64,000 nt of DNA from an uncultured Hyphomicrobiales bacterium (GCA_964456755.1 CAYWCE010000004.1:7418-71417), one strand, 5' to 3'. Shown: positions 41,827 through 53,024, counted from the first letter of the stretch. Notes: a model not told the origin generated them from the letters alone. Numbers and translations are program-made.

Positions 41827-41986
41827 TCGATCGCCTGCGGGAGCGCCGCGGCGGGCGCGCCGCGCCGGTTTGCGCCCGCGGGACCAAGCGGCAAGGCCTC
41901 AATCGGGTTGACGCGCCCCCTCACCCGCCCTAGGCAGACGCATCGGCCGGCCGTCCCACCGTTCAATTTCCGGAGAAATCGCGCCC

Positions 41987-43009
41987 ATGCGTGCGCTTGC
42001 TTTGCTTGGTGAACGCAAGCTCGAACTCACCGAGCTGCCGCCCCCGCCCGCGCCGGGCGAGGGCGAAGTGCAGATTCGCGTGCGCGCGGTCGGCCTCAAC
42101 CATATCGACGTGTGGGGCTATCGCGGCATGGCCTTCGCCAAGCGCGCCTATCCGCTCGTCGTCGGCGCGGAGGCCGCCGGCGAGGTGGCGGCGGTCGGCC
42201 CCGGCGTCGAAAAGTTCAGACCCGGCGATCCCGTCGTTATGTACGGCGCGCTGACCTGCGGCACGTGCAAATATTGCCGCGAGGGCCGCGACAATCTTTG
42301 CGAAAATGTCGGCGGCATCATGGGCTTCCATGTCGACGGCTTTGCGCGCGAGCTCGTCAACATGCGCGAGCGCCTGGTGATCCCGGTGCCGAAAGGCATC
42401 GCCATGCGCGATGCCGCCTGCGCGCCGGTCGCCTTCTCCACCGTCGAGCACATGCTGTTCGACAATGCACGGCTGCAGCCGGGCGAAAGCATTCTGGTGC
42501 ATGCAGGCGGATCGGGTATCGGCACGGTGGCGATCAAGATGGCGAAGGCGCTCGGCTGCACGGTGATTACGACGGTGGGCAGCGACGACAAGATCGAGAA
42601 GGCGATGGCGATCGGCGCCGATCACGTCATCAATTACCGCACCGACCGTTTCGAGGGGCGCGTGCGCAAGCTTACCGGCAAGAAGGGCGTCGACGTGGTG
42701 TTCGAGCATGTCGGCGGCGAGGGCTTCAACGGTTCGCTGCTGTGCCTGAAGAAAGGCGGCCGGCTCGTCACCTGCGGCTCCACCGCGGGACCGACCGTCA
42801 CCATCAACCTGATGCAGCTGTTCCAGCAGCAATACAAGATTTTCGGCTCCTTCGGCGCCTCGATGCGCAATATCCGCGACGGCCTCGCCAAAATGGCGGG
42901 GGGCCTGCTGCCGGTGATCGACACCGAAGTGGGACTCGAAGACCTGGAACGCGGACTGGAGCGGCTGGAAAGCCGGCAGGTCTTCGGCAAGGTGATCGTG
43001 TCGTTTTGA
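41987..43009 (+). CDS. adhA2XL: Zinc-binding dehydrogenase/reductase of the VLCFA cluster
   Basis: CGTCKYC...C structural Zn site, AGGSGIG; lies between fabF1XL and lpxXL. Confidence 0.85.
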   Translation: MRALALLGERKLELTELPPPPAPGEGEVQIRVRAVGLNHIDVWGYRGMAFAKRAYPLVVGAEAAGEVAAVGPGVEKFRPGDPVVMYGALTCGTCKYCREGRDNLCENVGGIMGFHVDGFARELVNMRERLVIPVPKGIAMRDAACAPVAFSTVEHMLFDNARLQPGESILVHAGGSGIGTVAIKMAKALGCTVITTVGSDDKIEKAMAIGADHVINYRTDRFEGRVRKLTGKKGVDVVFEHVGGEGFNGSLLCLKKGGRLVTCGSTAGPTVTINLMQLFQQQYKIFGSFGASMRNIRDGLAKMAGGLLPVIDTEVGLEDLERGLERLESRQVFGKVIVSF

Positions 43010-43114
43010 TCCTGTCCTGTAGATCCGCATGACGCTTGCGCTCCGCGATCCGCATTTGCCCCGCCTCCCGTCGAGGGACCGAATCGGGGACCGGCCACGC
43101 CACAGGGTGTTGCA

Positions 43115-44056
43115 ATGCCGCCGCTTATGAAGCGCGGTCTGCGCAAAATCGGTCAGGCGACGGAGGCCGCGCGCGACTTCGTCATCGGGCACGCCGCCGT
43201 TGCCATCCTGAAAGGCGTGCGACGCACCGATCCGCGCCGCATGTCCGACCGCATGGCGCGGCTGCTGCGATGGATCGGGCCGAAGCTGCGCGAACACCGG
43301 ATCGGCCGCGACAATCTCCGCCACGCCTTTCCGGACAAATCCGGGGCGGAGATCGAGCGGATCCTGCTCGGCGTGTGGGACAATCTGGGACGGCTGGTGG
43401 CGGAATTCGCCCATCTCGACCGCATCTGGGACCACGATCCCGCGCGCACGGACCGGATGGGGGACAGCAATGTCGAATTCTCGCAGGAGACCATCGAACG
43501 CTTCGTGCGGCTGCGCGACGACGGCAAGCCGGCGCTCGTGTTTGCCGCGCACCTGGCCAACTGGGAATTGCCGGCATTGCCCGGTCCCGCGCACGGACTG
43601 CCGAGCGCGGCGATCTACCGGCCGCCGAACCTGAAAGCCGCGGCGCAGGCGATCCTGGAAGTGCGATCGCTGGCGATGGGCGAGCTGATCTCGCGCGGCA
43701 TCGATGCGCCGCTGAAAGTCGCAGACGCGCTCGAGCGCGGCCTGCATGTCGGCATGCTGGTCGACCAGTACAACGTGCAGGGTGTCGAGGTGACCTTCTT
43801 CGGCCGCAGAACCAAGGCCAATCCGATGCTGGCGCGGCTCGCCCGGCATTTCGACTGCCCGATCCACGGCACGCGCGCGATCCGCCTGCCCGGCAACCGT
43901 TTCCGCCTGGAACTGACCGAGGAAATTCCGCCGGCGCGGCTTGCCGACGGCAGCATCGACGTCGCCGGCACGATGCAGCGAATTACCGACGTGGTGGAAG
44001 GCTGGATCCGGGAATATCCGGAGCAATGGCTGTGGCTGCACCGGCGCTGGCGCTAG
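43115..44056 (+). CDS. lpxXL: Lipid A very-long-chain acyltransferase
   Basis: AHLANWE (H-x4-E), MLVDQ, YPEQWLWLHRRWR. Confidence 0.9.
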   Translation: MPPLMKRGLRKIGQATEAARDFVIGHAAVAILKGVRRTDPRRMSDRMARLLRWIGPKLREHRIGRDNLRHAFPDKSGAEIERILLGVWDNLGRLVAEFAHLDRIWDHDPARTDRMGDSNVEFSQETIERFVRLRDDGKPALVFAAHLANWELPALPGPAHGLPSAAIYRPPNLKAAAQAILEVRSLAMGELISRGIDAPLKVADALERGLHVGMLVDQYNVQGVEVTFFGRRTKANPMLARLARHFDCPIHGTRAIRLPGNRFRLELTEEIPPARLADGSIDVAGTMQRITDVVEGWIREYPEQWLWLHRRWR

Positions 44057-44071
44057 GCCGGCGGAGCGCGT

Positions 44072-44905
44072 TCACGCATCCCGGTGCGCGACATAGAGCA
44101 CCGAATTCTCCGCGATGCCGGCCCGCGCGAACGCATCCGTGCCGAACCATTTCACATCGAGCGCCTCGACGCGGAAACCGGCCTCGCGCAACCGATCGAG
44201 GAAATCCGCCCGGCCATACAGGCGCAGGTGGTCGCCGTCCGCGTAATGGCGCCAGCGCAGTTCCGGGGTGTCGATTGCCGGATTCTCTTGTGTCGCCTCG
44301 ACGCCGACGACAAGCGGCACCATGACGATGCCGAATCCGCCCGGCCTGAGGATGCGGTACAGCTCGCGCATCGCCTTGCGGTCTTCGCGGATGTGCTCAA
44401 GCACATGCGAACAGATCGCAATGTCGAAGGAAGCATCGGGATAGCGCATGGCGGCGATGTCGATGCGGTCGTCGACATTGCGGCGGAACAGGTCGGCGCT
44501 GCGATAGTCGACGAAGGCGCAGCTTTTCAGTTTCGCCTGCAGGGCCGGCGAAGGCGCAAACTCGACCAGGCGCCGGCGCACGCTCCCATCCGGGCCGGCA
44601 GCGAGGCGGTCGAAATACAGCGCGTAGAGCCGCTCGCGATCGGACGCGTCGCAGGCGGGACAGGAATAGGCGGCAATGTTGAGCGTCTCGAATGCCGCAA
44701 GCGGATAGATCAGCCCCGCCCGTTCGGCATTGCGCAGGAACGACTTCCAGATCGGCTTGAAGCGCGACAATTGCGCACCGCAGACCGGGCATGCGCAGGC
44801 ATTGCCGCGATATTGCGGCAGCGCGATACGGCGCAGCAGAGCCTTGCGCTGCTCCTTGAAGGCGACGTAGGCGGGATGATGCTTGAATGCGCCGAACAGG
44901 CCCAA
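44072..44905 (-). CDS. Class I SAM-dependent methyltransferase with N-terminal CPxC pair
   Basis: CPVCG, CPAC..SDRER, EFAP, CSHVLEH, LYRILRPGG, HLRLYG. Confidence 0.82.
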   Translation of the reverse strand: MGLFGAFKHHPAYVAFKEQRKALLRRIALPQYRGNACACPVCGAQLSRFKPIWKSFLRNAERAGLIYPLAAFETLNIAAYSCPACDASDRERLYALYFDRLAAGPDGSVRRRLVEFAPSPALQAKLKSCAFVDYRSADLFRRNVDDRIDIAAMRYPDASFDIAICSHVLEHIREDRKAMRELYRILRPGGFGIVMVPLVVGVEATQENPAIDTPELRWRHYADGDHLRLYGRADFLDRLREAGFRVEALDVKWFGTDAFARAGIAENSVLYVAHRDA

Positions 44906-44908
44906 GGT

Positions 44909-46018
44909 TCAGCGTCCCGTCTTCACGCGCGTCCACAGCCGGTTCATCAGACGCGTCGTCTTCGCATCATGCGCGTGGATGGTGTAGAGATTCTTCATCG
45001 TCGCGGCGTCCGGATAGACCGTCGGGTCGTCCAGGATCGCCCTGTCGATCAGCTTCTGGCTGGCGAGATTGCCGTTGGCATAGGAGATGAAGTTGGTGTT
45101 CTTCGCCGCGACTTCGGGCCGCAGCATGTAGTCGATGAAGGCATGCGCCTCTTCGACATTACGCGCGTCCTTCGGGATGGCGAAATTGTCGAACCACATC
45201 TGCGCGCCTTCTTTGGGAACGGAATAGCCGATCTCGATTCCGGTCCGTGCTTCGGCGGCGCGTTTCTGCGCCTGCTTGATGTCGCCCGACCAGCCCACCA
45301 CCAGGCAGATTTCTCCGGTGGCAAGCGCGGTGAGATATTCGGAAGAATGAAACTTGCGTACCGACGGGCGCACTCCGGCGACAAGCGCGGCCGCCCGTTC
45401 GAGATCGGCCTGGCTGCTGCTGTTGGGATCGAGCCGCAGATAGCGCAACGCCGCCGGCAGAATGTCGTCGGACGAATCCAGCATCATCACCCCGCAGGAC
45501 TTGAAGCGCGCCAGACTGTCCGGCGCGAACACGATGTCCCAGGAATCGATGCGCGCGCCGGCGCCGAGGATTTCCTGCACTTTTTTCACATTGTAGCCGA
45601 TGCCGGTCGTGCCCCACATGTAATTGACGCCGAACTGGTTGCCCGGGTCGTAGGCGGACAGCCGTTCGGCGATGTCGGGCCAGACATGCACGAGATTGGG
45701 CAACTTGCCCTTGTCCAGTTTCTGGAACACCCCGGCCTTGATCTGACGTTCGAGAAAATAGGCAGTCGGGGCGACCACGTCGTAACCGGACCGGCCGCTC
45801 AGCAGCCTGGTCTCCAGCGTCTCGTTGGCGTCGAAGGTGTCGTAACGCACCCTGATGCCGGTCTCGCGCGTGAAGTCTTCGAGCACCGAAGGGTCGATAT
45901 AGTCGGACCAGTTATAGACGTTGACCACGCGTTCCTTGCGCGGCTGCGCGGGGGCGGCGAGCGCGAGCGCGGCGATGAAAAAAGCGGCAAGTGCAGTCGA
46001 CAGCATTCGCCTCGACAT
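44909..46018 (-). CDS. potF: Polyamine ABC transporter substrate-binding protein (PotF/SpuD)
   Basis: VNVYNWSDYI, YMWGTTGIGYN, GWSGD, PKEGAQMWFD. Confidence 0.88.
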   Translation of the reverse strand: MSRRMLSTALAAFFIAALALAAPAQPRKERVVNVYNWSDYIDPSVLEDFTRETGIRVRYDTFDANETLETRLLSGRSGYDVVAPTAYFLERQIKAGVFQKLDKGKLPNLVHVWPDIAERLSAYDPGNQFGVNYMWGTTGIGYNVKKVQEILGAGARIDSWDIVFAPDSLARFKSCGVMMLDSSDDILPAALRYLRLDPNSSSQADLERAAALVAGVRPSVRKFHSSEYLTALATGEICLVVGWSGDIKQAQKRAAEARTGIEIGYSVPKEGAQMWFDNFAIPKDARNVEEAHAFIDYMLRPEVAAKNTNFISYANGNLASQKLIDRAILDDPTVYPDAATMKNLYTIHAHDAKTTRLMNRLWTRVKTGR

Positions 46019-46031
46019 CGTTTTCGATCCC

Positions 46032-46361
46032 TCAGGTCGCGGTCGGCAGGCCGGCAGCCTTCCAGGCTTTCAGTCCGCCGGCGAGGTGGGAATTGTAGTC
46101 ATAGCCCTGCTGCTGCGCGGCCTGCACCGCCTTCAGCGAGCGCTGGCCGATCCCGCAGGCGAACACCACTTCGCGCCCGGCCGGGTCCGGCAGGGCGGAC
46201 GCATCGAACTGCGACAGCGGCATGAACTCGGCATCGGGATAGGTTTCCATCGCGGTCTCGTGCGGCTCGCGCACGTCGACCAGCATGATGCGGCCCTCTG
46301 TCAGCCCGCGGGCGACGTCCTCGGGCGTCAGTTCGCGGATCGGCGGCAGTGCGTCGGACAT
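46032..46361 (-). CDS. Rhodanese-like domain protein
   Basis: LVDVREPHE, CGIGQRS, HLAGGLKAW. Confidence 0.87.
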   Translation of the reverse strand: MSDALPPIRELTPEDVARGLTEGRIMLVDVREPHETAMETYPDAEFMPLSQFDASALPDPAGREVVFACGIGQRSLKAVQAAQQQGYDYNSHLAGGLKAWKAAGLPTAT

Positions 46362-46431
46362 GACGGTTCTCCGCCGGCACAGGAACCATCATCGCCCGGC
46401 GGCGTCAACCGCAGGCGCGGTTGCCGCCCGC

Positions 46432-48357
46432 CTAAACCGTCACCTGGGTGCCCACTTCCACCACGCGCCCGGTCGGTATCTGGAAGAAGTCGGTGGCGTC
46501 GCTGGCGCTGCGCGCCATGTTGATGAACAGCCGGTCCTGCCAGGCCGGCATGCCCGATTTGGCCGCCGGCTTGAGCGCACGACGCGAGAGGAAGAACGAC
46601 GTCGCCATGATGTCGAACGTCCAGCCGAGCTTGCGCGCGATGGCGAGCGCTTTGGGAATATTGGGCTGCTCCATGTAGCCGAATTTCAGCGCGATGCGGC
46701 TGAACAGCGGAGAGACCGGTGTGATTGCCACCCGTTCCTCGTCCGGCACGCGCGGGGTGTCGGCGGCGACGATGGTGAGAATGACATTGTGTTCGTGCAG
46801 CACTTTGTTGTGCTTGAGATTGTGCATCAGCGCGGTCGGTGCATAGGCCGGATCGCTGGTGAGAAAGACCGCGGTGCCGGGCACGGTATGCGGCGGCTTT
46901 TTTTCAAGGCTGCGCAGCAACGCTTCCAGCGGCACCTCGGTCTTGCGCGTCTTGGCGGCGAGGATGCCGGTGCCGCGCCGCCACGATACGACCAGAATGA
47001 CGATGACCAGGCCGAGCAGCACCGGCACCCAGGCGCCGTCGGCAAGCTTCAGCATCGTCGCTCCGAGAAAAGCCGCATCGATGACGATGAACGGACCCAT
47101 CAGCAGCGCCGTGCTCCACAGGCGCCAGCCCCACAATTTCCAGATCACGATGAATCCGAGCAGCGTCGCCGTCGCTTCGGTGGCGGCAACCGCCATCACA
47201 TAGGCGGAAGCGAGCGCGCTCGACGTGCGGAACATCAGCACCAGCAGCAGCACGCCGACGAGCAGCGTGGTGTTGACCCGCGGCATGTAAATCTGCCCGT
47301 AATGCGTCGCAGAGGTGTGCCGGATCTCGAAACGCGGCAACAATCCGAGCTGGATCGCCTGCTGCGTGATCGAATAGGCGCCGGTGATGACCGCCTGGCT
47401 TGCGATCACGGTGGCGGCGGTGGCCAGGCCGACCAGCGGCAGCAGCATGGCTTCGGGGACCAGTCTGTAGAACGGATCGGCGACGGCGGACGGGTCGGAA
47501 AGGACCAGCGCACCCTGCCCGAAATAGTTGATCAACAGCGCCGGCAGCACGAGGAAAATCCACGCCGCCTGTATCGGCTTGCGGCCGAAATGTCCGAGGT
47601 CGGCATACAGCGCTTCGCTGCCGGTCACCACGAGAAACACCGCCCCGAGCGTGATCAGGCCGATGATGCCGTTATCGGCAAGGAAGACGATGGCGTAATA
47701 GGGATTGAGCGCGAAGAACACGGTCGGATCGTCGGCGATGTGAATGCCGCCGATGACCGCAATGACCAGGAACCAGACGACCGTGATCGGACCGAACAGG
47801 GCGGCGACGCGCCCGGTGCCGCGCGACTGCACGGCAAAGAGCAGAACCAGGATCAGCACGGTCAGCGGCAGCACATAAGGCTCGAACGCGGGCGTTGCGA
47901 CCTTCAGACCCTCGACCGCCGACATCACCGACAATGCCGGCGTGATGAAGGAGGAACCGTAGAACATCGCCGCGCCGATCACCCCGAGCATCAGCACCAG
48001 CGGGGTGCGCTGCCCGAGCGCGCGGAAGGCGAGCGCGGTGAGCGACAGCGTGCCGCCTTCGCCGTTATTGTCGGCGCGCAGCAGGATGAGGACGTATTTC
48101 AGCGTGACGACGAGGATGAGCGACCAGACGATCAGCGACAGGACGCCGAGCACGACCGGCCGCGTCGCGATCTCCTCCCCGCTCGCCGCCTGCACCGCCT
48201 CGCGGAAGGCATAGAGCGGGCTGGTGCCGATATCGCCATAGACGACGCCGATGCTGCCGAGCGCGAGCTTGAAGAAGGAGCCGTCGCGCCGGTCCGCGCC
48301 GTCTGCAGTGCCGGTCGCATCCGCCGGCACCGGCTCGCCCTGGGGAGATACGCTCAT
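46432..48357 (-). CDS. kup: Potassium uptake transporter Kup
   Basis: [46 protein letters not shown]. Confidence 0.96.
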   Translation of the reverse strand: MSVSPQGEPVPADATGTADGADRRDGSFFKLALGSIGVVYGDIGTSPLYAFREAVQAASGEEIATRPVVLGVLSLIVWSLILVVTLKYVLILLRADNNGEGGTLSLTALAFRALGQRTPLVLMLGVIGAAMFYGSSFITPALSVMSAVEGLKVATPAFEPYVLPLTVLILVLLFAVQSRGTGRVAALFGPITVVWFLVIAVIGGIHIADDPTVFFALNPYYAIVFLADNGIIGLITLGAVFLVVTGSEALYADLGHFGRKPIQAAWIFLVLPALLINYFGQGALVLSDPSAVADPFYRLVPEAMLLPLVGLATAATVIASQAVITGAYSITQQAIQLGLLPRFEIRHTSATHYGQIYMPRVNTTLLVGVLLLVLMFRTSSALASAYVMAVAATEATATLLGFIVIWKLWGWRLWSTALLMGPFIVIDAAFLGATMLKLADGAWVPVLLGLVIVILVVSWRRGTGILAAKTRKTEVPLEALLRSLEKKPPHTVPGTAVFLTSDPAYAPTALMHNLKHNKVLHEHNVILTIVAADTPRVPDEERVAITPVSPLFSRIALKFGYMEQPNIPKALAIARKLGWTFDIMATSFFLSRRALKPAAKSGMPAWQDRLFINMARSASDATDFFQIPTGRVVEVGTQVTV

Positions 48358-48463
48358 GCTGGCGCTGGCCTGTTGCGGCAAAGGTGGGGCGCATAACAGC
48401 CCCGCCCGGCTGCAGCAACCCGAATTTACGCCTGAGACCGTCCGGCGCCCGGTCCGGCCGCGA

Positions 48464-49291
48464 TCAGGGCCTGAATCCGGCCGGGATTGGCGGGGCTTCC
48501 CGCATCAGCGTGATCGTGACCCGGCGGTTCGAGGCGATATACGGGTCGTCGGGGAACAGCGGCTGGGTGTCCGCCCGGCCCGCCACCTGGTAGAAATGCC
48601 CCCCCGGTACCCCTTCGTCCTCCAGCACCAGCCGTACCGAATTCGCGCGGTCGGCGGACAGATCCCACGGGCCATAGCCGCGCCGCGCCGGCAGACGGCT
48701 CGCTGCGGTGTGGCCGACGATCGACATGCGGTAGGGCATCGCCTTGAGGCGCGGGGCGAGCGCCTTGAGCACGCGGCGGGTGCGCTCGTTGGGCTCGCGC
48801 GATCCGTCGGCAAACATCGAGCGGCCGTCCTGGTCGACGATCTCGATATTCAGGCCCTGACGCGTTTCCTCGATCATGATGTGTTTGGAGACTTCCGCGA
48901 TTTCCGGCAGGTCGTCGAGCGCCTGACGCAGCGAGGCGGAAGCGAGCGCAAAGCCGCTGTCCTCCTTGGTGCGCGTACCGATGTCGCTCTTGAAATCCTG
49001 CTCCTCCGGACTGGGCGTAGGCGAGGCTTCCTCGGGATTGGCGCGCTTGACGTTCTTGAGCTTGGGTCGCGTGGGAAGCCCGTCGACCTCGATGATGCCG
49101 GAATAGCGCACATTCTGCTGCACGCCGAACGCCTCGCGCATCGAACCGGCGACGATCTGCAGCTTGGCCTGATCCTGGGTCGAGAACGCCACGAGCATCA
49201 CGAAGAACGACACCAGCAATCCCATCAGGTCGGCAAAGGTGACAAACCAGCCGTGACCGCCGCCATGGGCAGAACTTCGCTTCTTTGCCAT
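48464..49291 (-). CDS. motB: Flagellar stator MotB/PomB
   Basis: [19 protein letters not shown] (conserved Asp); OmpA-like WDLSADRA...NRRVTI. Confidence 0.9.
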   Translation of the reverse strand: MAKKRSSAHGGGHGWFVTFADLMGLLVSFFVMLVAFSTQDQAKLQIVAGSMREAFGVQQNVRYSGIIEVDGLPTRPKLKNVKRANPEEASPTPSPEEQDFKSDIGTRTKEDSGFALASASLRQALDDLPEIAEVSKHIMIEETRQGLNIEIVDQDGRSMFADGSREPNERTRRVLKALAPRLKAMPYRMSIVGHTAASRLPARRGYGPWDLSADRANSVRLVLEDEGVPGGHFYQVAGRADTQPLFPDDPYIASNRRVTITLMREAPPIPAGFRP

Positions 49292-49310
49292 AGCGGGATG
49301 CTCGCGGGCG

Positions 49311-50084
49311 CTACGCCGGCGCCAGTTCTGTCTCATCGTGGCGATGCTTCTCCGGCAGGTAAGCAAGCAGCATTTCGCGCACGAGGGCAGGGCTCTTGGA
49401 TTCGCGCATCATCAACACTCCGTCGATGATCAACGTCCGGTTGACCTCCTCGTCCAGCAGTTTGACGTGCAGTTTGTCGGCGATCGGCAGGCAGAACAGG
49501 TTCGCCACCGCCGCGCCGTAGAAGGTGGCAAGCAGGGCCACCGCCATATACGGACCGAGCTTGGATGGATCGGTCATGTTGGCGAACATCTGCACCATGC
49601 CGATCAGCGTGCCCACCATGCCGAAGGCCGGCGCGCAATCGCCGATCGCGCGGTAGATTTTCTGGCCTTCGTCGAGATGGGTGATGAAATTGTCGCGATC
49701 GCGTTCGAGATTTTCTCGGATGAAGTCGGCATCGTAGCCGTCGGCGACGTAGCGCACGCCCTTGGCGAGAAAGGGATCGTCCACCTCCACGCGCTCGAGC
49801 CCGATCGGCCCGTTTTTGCGCGCGATTTCGGCAAGGCCCGCGATTTCCTCCACCAGTTCGCGCTGGGTGATGCGGCGCAGCGTGAAGGCGTATTTCATCC
49901 CCATCGGGATGCCGTGGAATATCGAGGTGAGCGGGAAGCGGATCAGGGTGGCGGCGAAGGAGCCGCCGAAAATGACGATGGCGGCGTGCGTGTCGGCGAA
50001 CATTCCGAGATCGCCGCCCATCATGATCAGGGTAACGAGCACAATCGCGCCGGCGACCAGACCCAAACCGGTTGCAATGTCCAT
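49311..50084 (-). CDS. motA: Flagellar stator MotA/PomA
   Basis: IVIFGGS, PAFGMVGTLIGMVQM, MAVALLATFYG, PIADKL; 257 aa. Confidence 0.9.
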   Translation of the reverse strand: MDIATGLGLVAGAIVLVTLIMMGGDLGMFADTHAAIVIFGGSFAATLIRFPLTSIFHGIPMGMKYAFTLRRITQRELVEEIAGLAEIARKNGPIGLERVEVDDPFLAKGVRYVADGYDADFIRENLERDRDNFITHLDEGQKIYRAIGDCAPAFGMVGTLIGMVQMFANMTDPSKLGPYMAVALLATFYGAAVANLFCLPIADKLHVKLLDEEVNRTLIIDGVLMMRESKSPALVREMLLAYLPEKHRHDETELAPA

Positions 50085-50288
50085 AAAACGCTACCCCAAC
50101 GCCGACGCTGACTGCCGGCCCCGCAGGGCCGGTTGCGGTACATTAGGGCGTACGCAATTAAAGGACCGTAAAGGCTAATAAATTCCGGCTTCTGTCGCCG
50201 GGGTGCTTGGCAGCGGCTTTTCCCCTGCGCTATGCCCGTCCGCAACGGGCGTCCAGAGCCCGCAAGGCAACAATCCCGGGAGGAGGAC

Positions 50289-51785
50289 ATGCGCGAGATC
50301 GGGCATTTTATCGCCGGCAAGCCGGTCAAGGGCCGGTCCGGCCGCTTCGGCGACGTTTACAATCCGAACACCGGCGAGGTGCAGGCGAAAGTGGCGCTGG
50401 CGAGCCGCGCCGAGGTCGAGGAGGCCATCGCCAATGCCGAGCGGGCGCAGGTCGCCTGGGCGGCGACCAATCCGCAGCGGCGGGCGCGCGTGCTGTTCAA
50501 ATTTCTCGAACTGGTGCAGAAGGAGATGGACGCGCTGGCGCAGGTGCTGTCCTCCGAGCACGGCAAGACCGTCGCCGATTCCAAGGGCGACATCCAGCGC
50601 GGCATCGAGGTGGTGGAATTCGCCTGCGGCATCCCGCACCTGATGAAGGGCGAATTTACCGAAGGCGCCGGCCCGGGTATCGACCTTTTCTCGATGCGCC
50701 AGGCGCTCGGCGTCGTCGCCGGCATCACGCCGTTCAATTTTCCGGCGATGATCCCGATGTGGAAATTCGCGCCGGCCATCGCCTGCGGCAACGCCTTCAT
50801 TCTCAAGCCGTCGGAACGCGACCCTTCGGTGCCGATGCGGCTCGCCGAATTGCTGGTCGAGGCGGGGCTGCCGGAAGGTGTGCTCAATGTCGTCAACGGC
50901 GACAAGGAAAGCGTCGACACGCTGCTGACGGATCCGCGCGTGAAAGCGATCGGTTTTGTCGGCTCCACCCCGATCGCCGAATATATCTATACGACCGGCT
51001 GCGCGCACGGAAAGCGCGTGCAGTGCTTCGGCGGCGCAAAGAACCACATGATCGTGATGCCCGACGCCGACATCGACCAGGCGGTGGATGCGCTGATCGG
51101 CGCCGGCTACGGTTCCGCCGGCGAGCGCTGCATGGCGATTTCGGTCGCGGTGCCGGTCGGCAAGAAGACCGCCGACATCCTGGTGGAGAAGCTGATCCCG
51201 CGCGTGGAGAGCCTGAAGATCGGACCATCGAACGATCCGCAGGCCGATTACGGCCCGCTGGTGACGCGCGCGCATATGAACAAGGTGCGCGACTATGTCG
51301 AGACCGGCGTCAAGGAAGGCGCCGCGCTGAAGGTCGACGGGCGCAATTTCAAGCTGCAGGGCTACGAGAACGGCAATTTCATGGGCGGCTGCCTGTTCGA
51401 CGAAGTGACGCCGGACATGCGCATCTACAAAGAGGAAATTTTCGGCCCCGTGCTCTCGGTGGTGCGCGCGAAGGATTACGAGGAGGCGGTGCGGCTGCCC
51501 TCCGAACACGAATACGGCAACGGCGTGTCGATCTTCACCCGCGACGGCGACACCGCGCGCGATTTCGCCAGCCGCGTCAATGTCGGCATGGTCGGCGTGA
51601 ACTTCGCCATCCCCGTGCCGCTCGCCTATCACACCTTCGGCGGCTGGAAACGCTCCGGCTTCGGCGACCTCAATCAGCACGGGCCGGATTCGATCCGCTT
51701 CTATACCAAGACCAAGACGGTGACCGCGCGCTGGCCGTCGGGCACCAAGGAAGGCGCCGAATTCGTCATCCCAACGATGCGGTAA
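50289..51785 (+). CDS. mmsA: CoA-acylating methylmalonate-semialdehyde dehydrogenase
   Basis: GITPFNFPAMIP, LKPSERDP, FVGSTPIA, GAKNH, SAGERCMA, EEIFGP; AGGAGG RBS. Confidence 0.94.
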   Translation: MREIGHFIAGKPVKGRSGRFGDVYNPNTGEVQAKVALASRAEVEEAIANAERAQVAWAATNPQRRARVLFKFLELVQKEMDALAQVLSSEHGKTVADSKGDIQRGIEVVEFACGIPHLMKGEFTEGAGPGIDLFSMRQALGVVAGITPFNFPAMIPMWKFAPAIACGNAFILKPSERDPSVPMRLAELLVEAGLPEGVLNVVNGDKESVDTLLTDPRVKAIGFVGSTPIAEYIYTTGCAHGKRVQCFGGAKNHMIVMPDADIDQAVDALIGAGYGSAGERCMAISVAVPVGKKTADILVEKLIPRVESLKIGPSNDPQADYGPLVTRAHMNKVRDYVETGVKEGAALKVDGRNFKLQGYENGNFMGGCLFDEVTPDMRIYKEEIFGPVLSVVRAKDYEEAVRLPSEHEYGNGVSIFTRDGDTARDFASRVNVGMVGVNFAIPVPLAYHTFGGWKRSGFGDLNQHGPDSIRFYTKTKTVTARWPSGTKEGAEFVIPTMR

Positions 51786-51811
51786 CTTCCGTTTTCTACA
51801 GTGGCGGGGAC

Positions 51812-52249
51812 ATGATTCGTCCCCGCCCCATTCGTCCCCGCGCCATTCGTCCCCGCGCTTTGCCGCGCCTGGTCTTGGCGCTTGCCCTCGCCGCCCTCAC
51901 CGGCTGCGGCAGCGAGCGCATGAGCCGGTCCGGCCCGCAGGCCGATCCGGTGCATACCGGCAGCATTGCACCGCGTCCGGAGATGAACGGGCGCTGGACG
52001 CTGGCCTCGCCGGCGGGCGGCCTGTGCGGCTTCAATCTCAGCCAGGCGCCCGGCTTTGCCGGCGGCCCGGTCGCGCCGGAAGGCGGCTGTCCGGGCCAGT
52101 TCTACATGAGCCGCCACTGGGCGTTCGAGCATGGCGGCCTTGTCATCCGCGACCATCAGGGGCAGGTTCTCGGCCAGCTTTCGCCTGCCGGCAGCGGCCG
52201 TTTCGAGGGACGCGCGGCCGCAGGCTTTCCGATCGTCCTCGCACGCTGA
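51812..52249 (+). CDS. Lipoprotein, AprI/Inh protease-inhibitor-like beta-barrel
   Basis: Lipobox LTGC; GRWTL..CGFNL..GGC..W..L.IRD..G..LGQL..GRFEG pattern. Confidence 0.7.
   Translation: MIRPRPIRPRAIRPRALPRLVLALALAALTGCGSERMSRSGPQADPVHTGSIAPRPEMNGRWTLASPAGGLCGFNLSQAPGFAGGPVAPEGGCPGQFYMSRHWAFEHGGLVIRDHQGQVLGQLSPAGSGRFEGRAAAGFPIVLAR
51815..51859 (+). repeat. Three 15-bp in-frame tandem repeats (ATTCGTCCCCGCSCY)
   Basis: Units 51815-51829, 51830-51844, 51845-51859 encode IRPRP/IRPRA/IRPRA. Confidence 0.9.
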
Positions 52250-52258
52250 GAGCATCCG

Positions 52259-52906
52259 ATGTCCGAATTCAAGCTTTACTGCTTCGCGCAGTCCGGCAAC
52301 GCCTATCGTGCCGCGCTGATGCTTAACCTGATCGGCGCCAAATGGGAGCCGGTCTGGGTCGACTTTTTCAGCAAGGGCGAGCAGCGCACGCCGCAATGGC
52401 GCGCGGAGATCAACGAGATGGGCGAGGCGCCCGTGCTGGAGCACGGCGCGAAGAAACTCTCGCAGTCGGCGGTGATCCTCAACTACCTGGCCGACCTGTC
52501 CGGCAAGTTCAAGCCGAAGGACCGCGAGGAGGAACTGGAAGTTCTGCGCTGGATCGTCTTCGACAACCAGAAGGTCAACGGCTATCTCGGCCCTTACCGC
52601 TTTCTGCGCACCCTGGCCAATCCGCCCGGCGATCCGCTGATCCTCAATTTCCTGAAGGGCCGCATCGACAATGCGCTCGGCATCGTCGACAAGCGGCTCG
52701 GCAAGAACGAATGGCTCGTGGGCGGGCGCCCGACCATCGCCGACATTTCCATGTGCGCGTATCTTTATTACCCGGCGGAGGAGTTCGGTTTCGACATCGC
52801 CGCGACCTGTCCCAACATCGCCAAATGGCTCGACCGCATCAAGGCGCTGCCCGGCTGGGGGCATCCTTACGATCTGATGCCCGGGCACCCGATGCCGGGG
52901 CAATGA
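52259..52906 (+). CDS. Glutathione S-transferase family protein
   Basis: QSGNAYR, NEMGEAPVL, LSQSAVIL, PTIADIS. Confidence 0.9.
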   Translation: MSEFKLYCFAQSGNAYRAALMLNLIGAKWEPVWVDFFSKGEQRTPQWRAEINEMGEAPVLEHGAKKLSQSAVILNYLADLSGKFKPKDREEELEVLRWIVFDNQKVNGYLGPYRFLRTLANPPGDPLILNFLKGRIDNALGIVDKRLGKNEWLVGGRPTIADISMCAYLYYPAEEFGFDIAATCPNIAKWLDRIKALPGWGHPYDLMPGHPMPGQ

Positions 52907-53024
52907 GGGTTGAGGCGCGGCGCTCGCCGGTCGATTGCCGTTCGCTTTTCCCGGCTCTCGCGGCTGCCGATCCCGGCTCTCGCGGCCATCGCCGCTTGAC
53001 CGGGACGACGGCCTCGGCGTCCCG

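Noticed and set aside
48464-50084. motA/motB pair away from flagellar genes as a possible Zorya (ZorAB) defence system
   Set aside because: MotA is a normal 257 aa with no long ZorA tail, codon usage is host-like, and no zorC/D/E-like genes are adjacent. An ordinary stator pair fits better.
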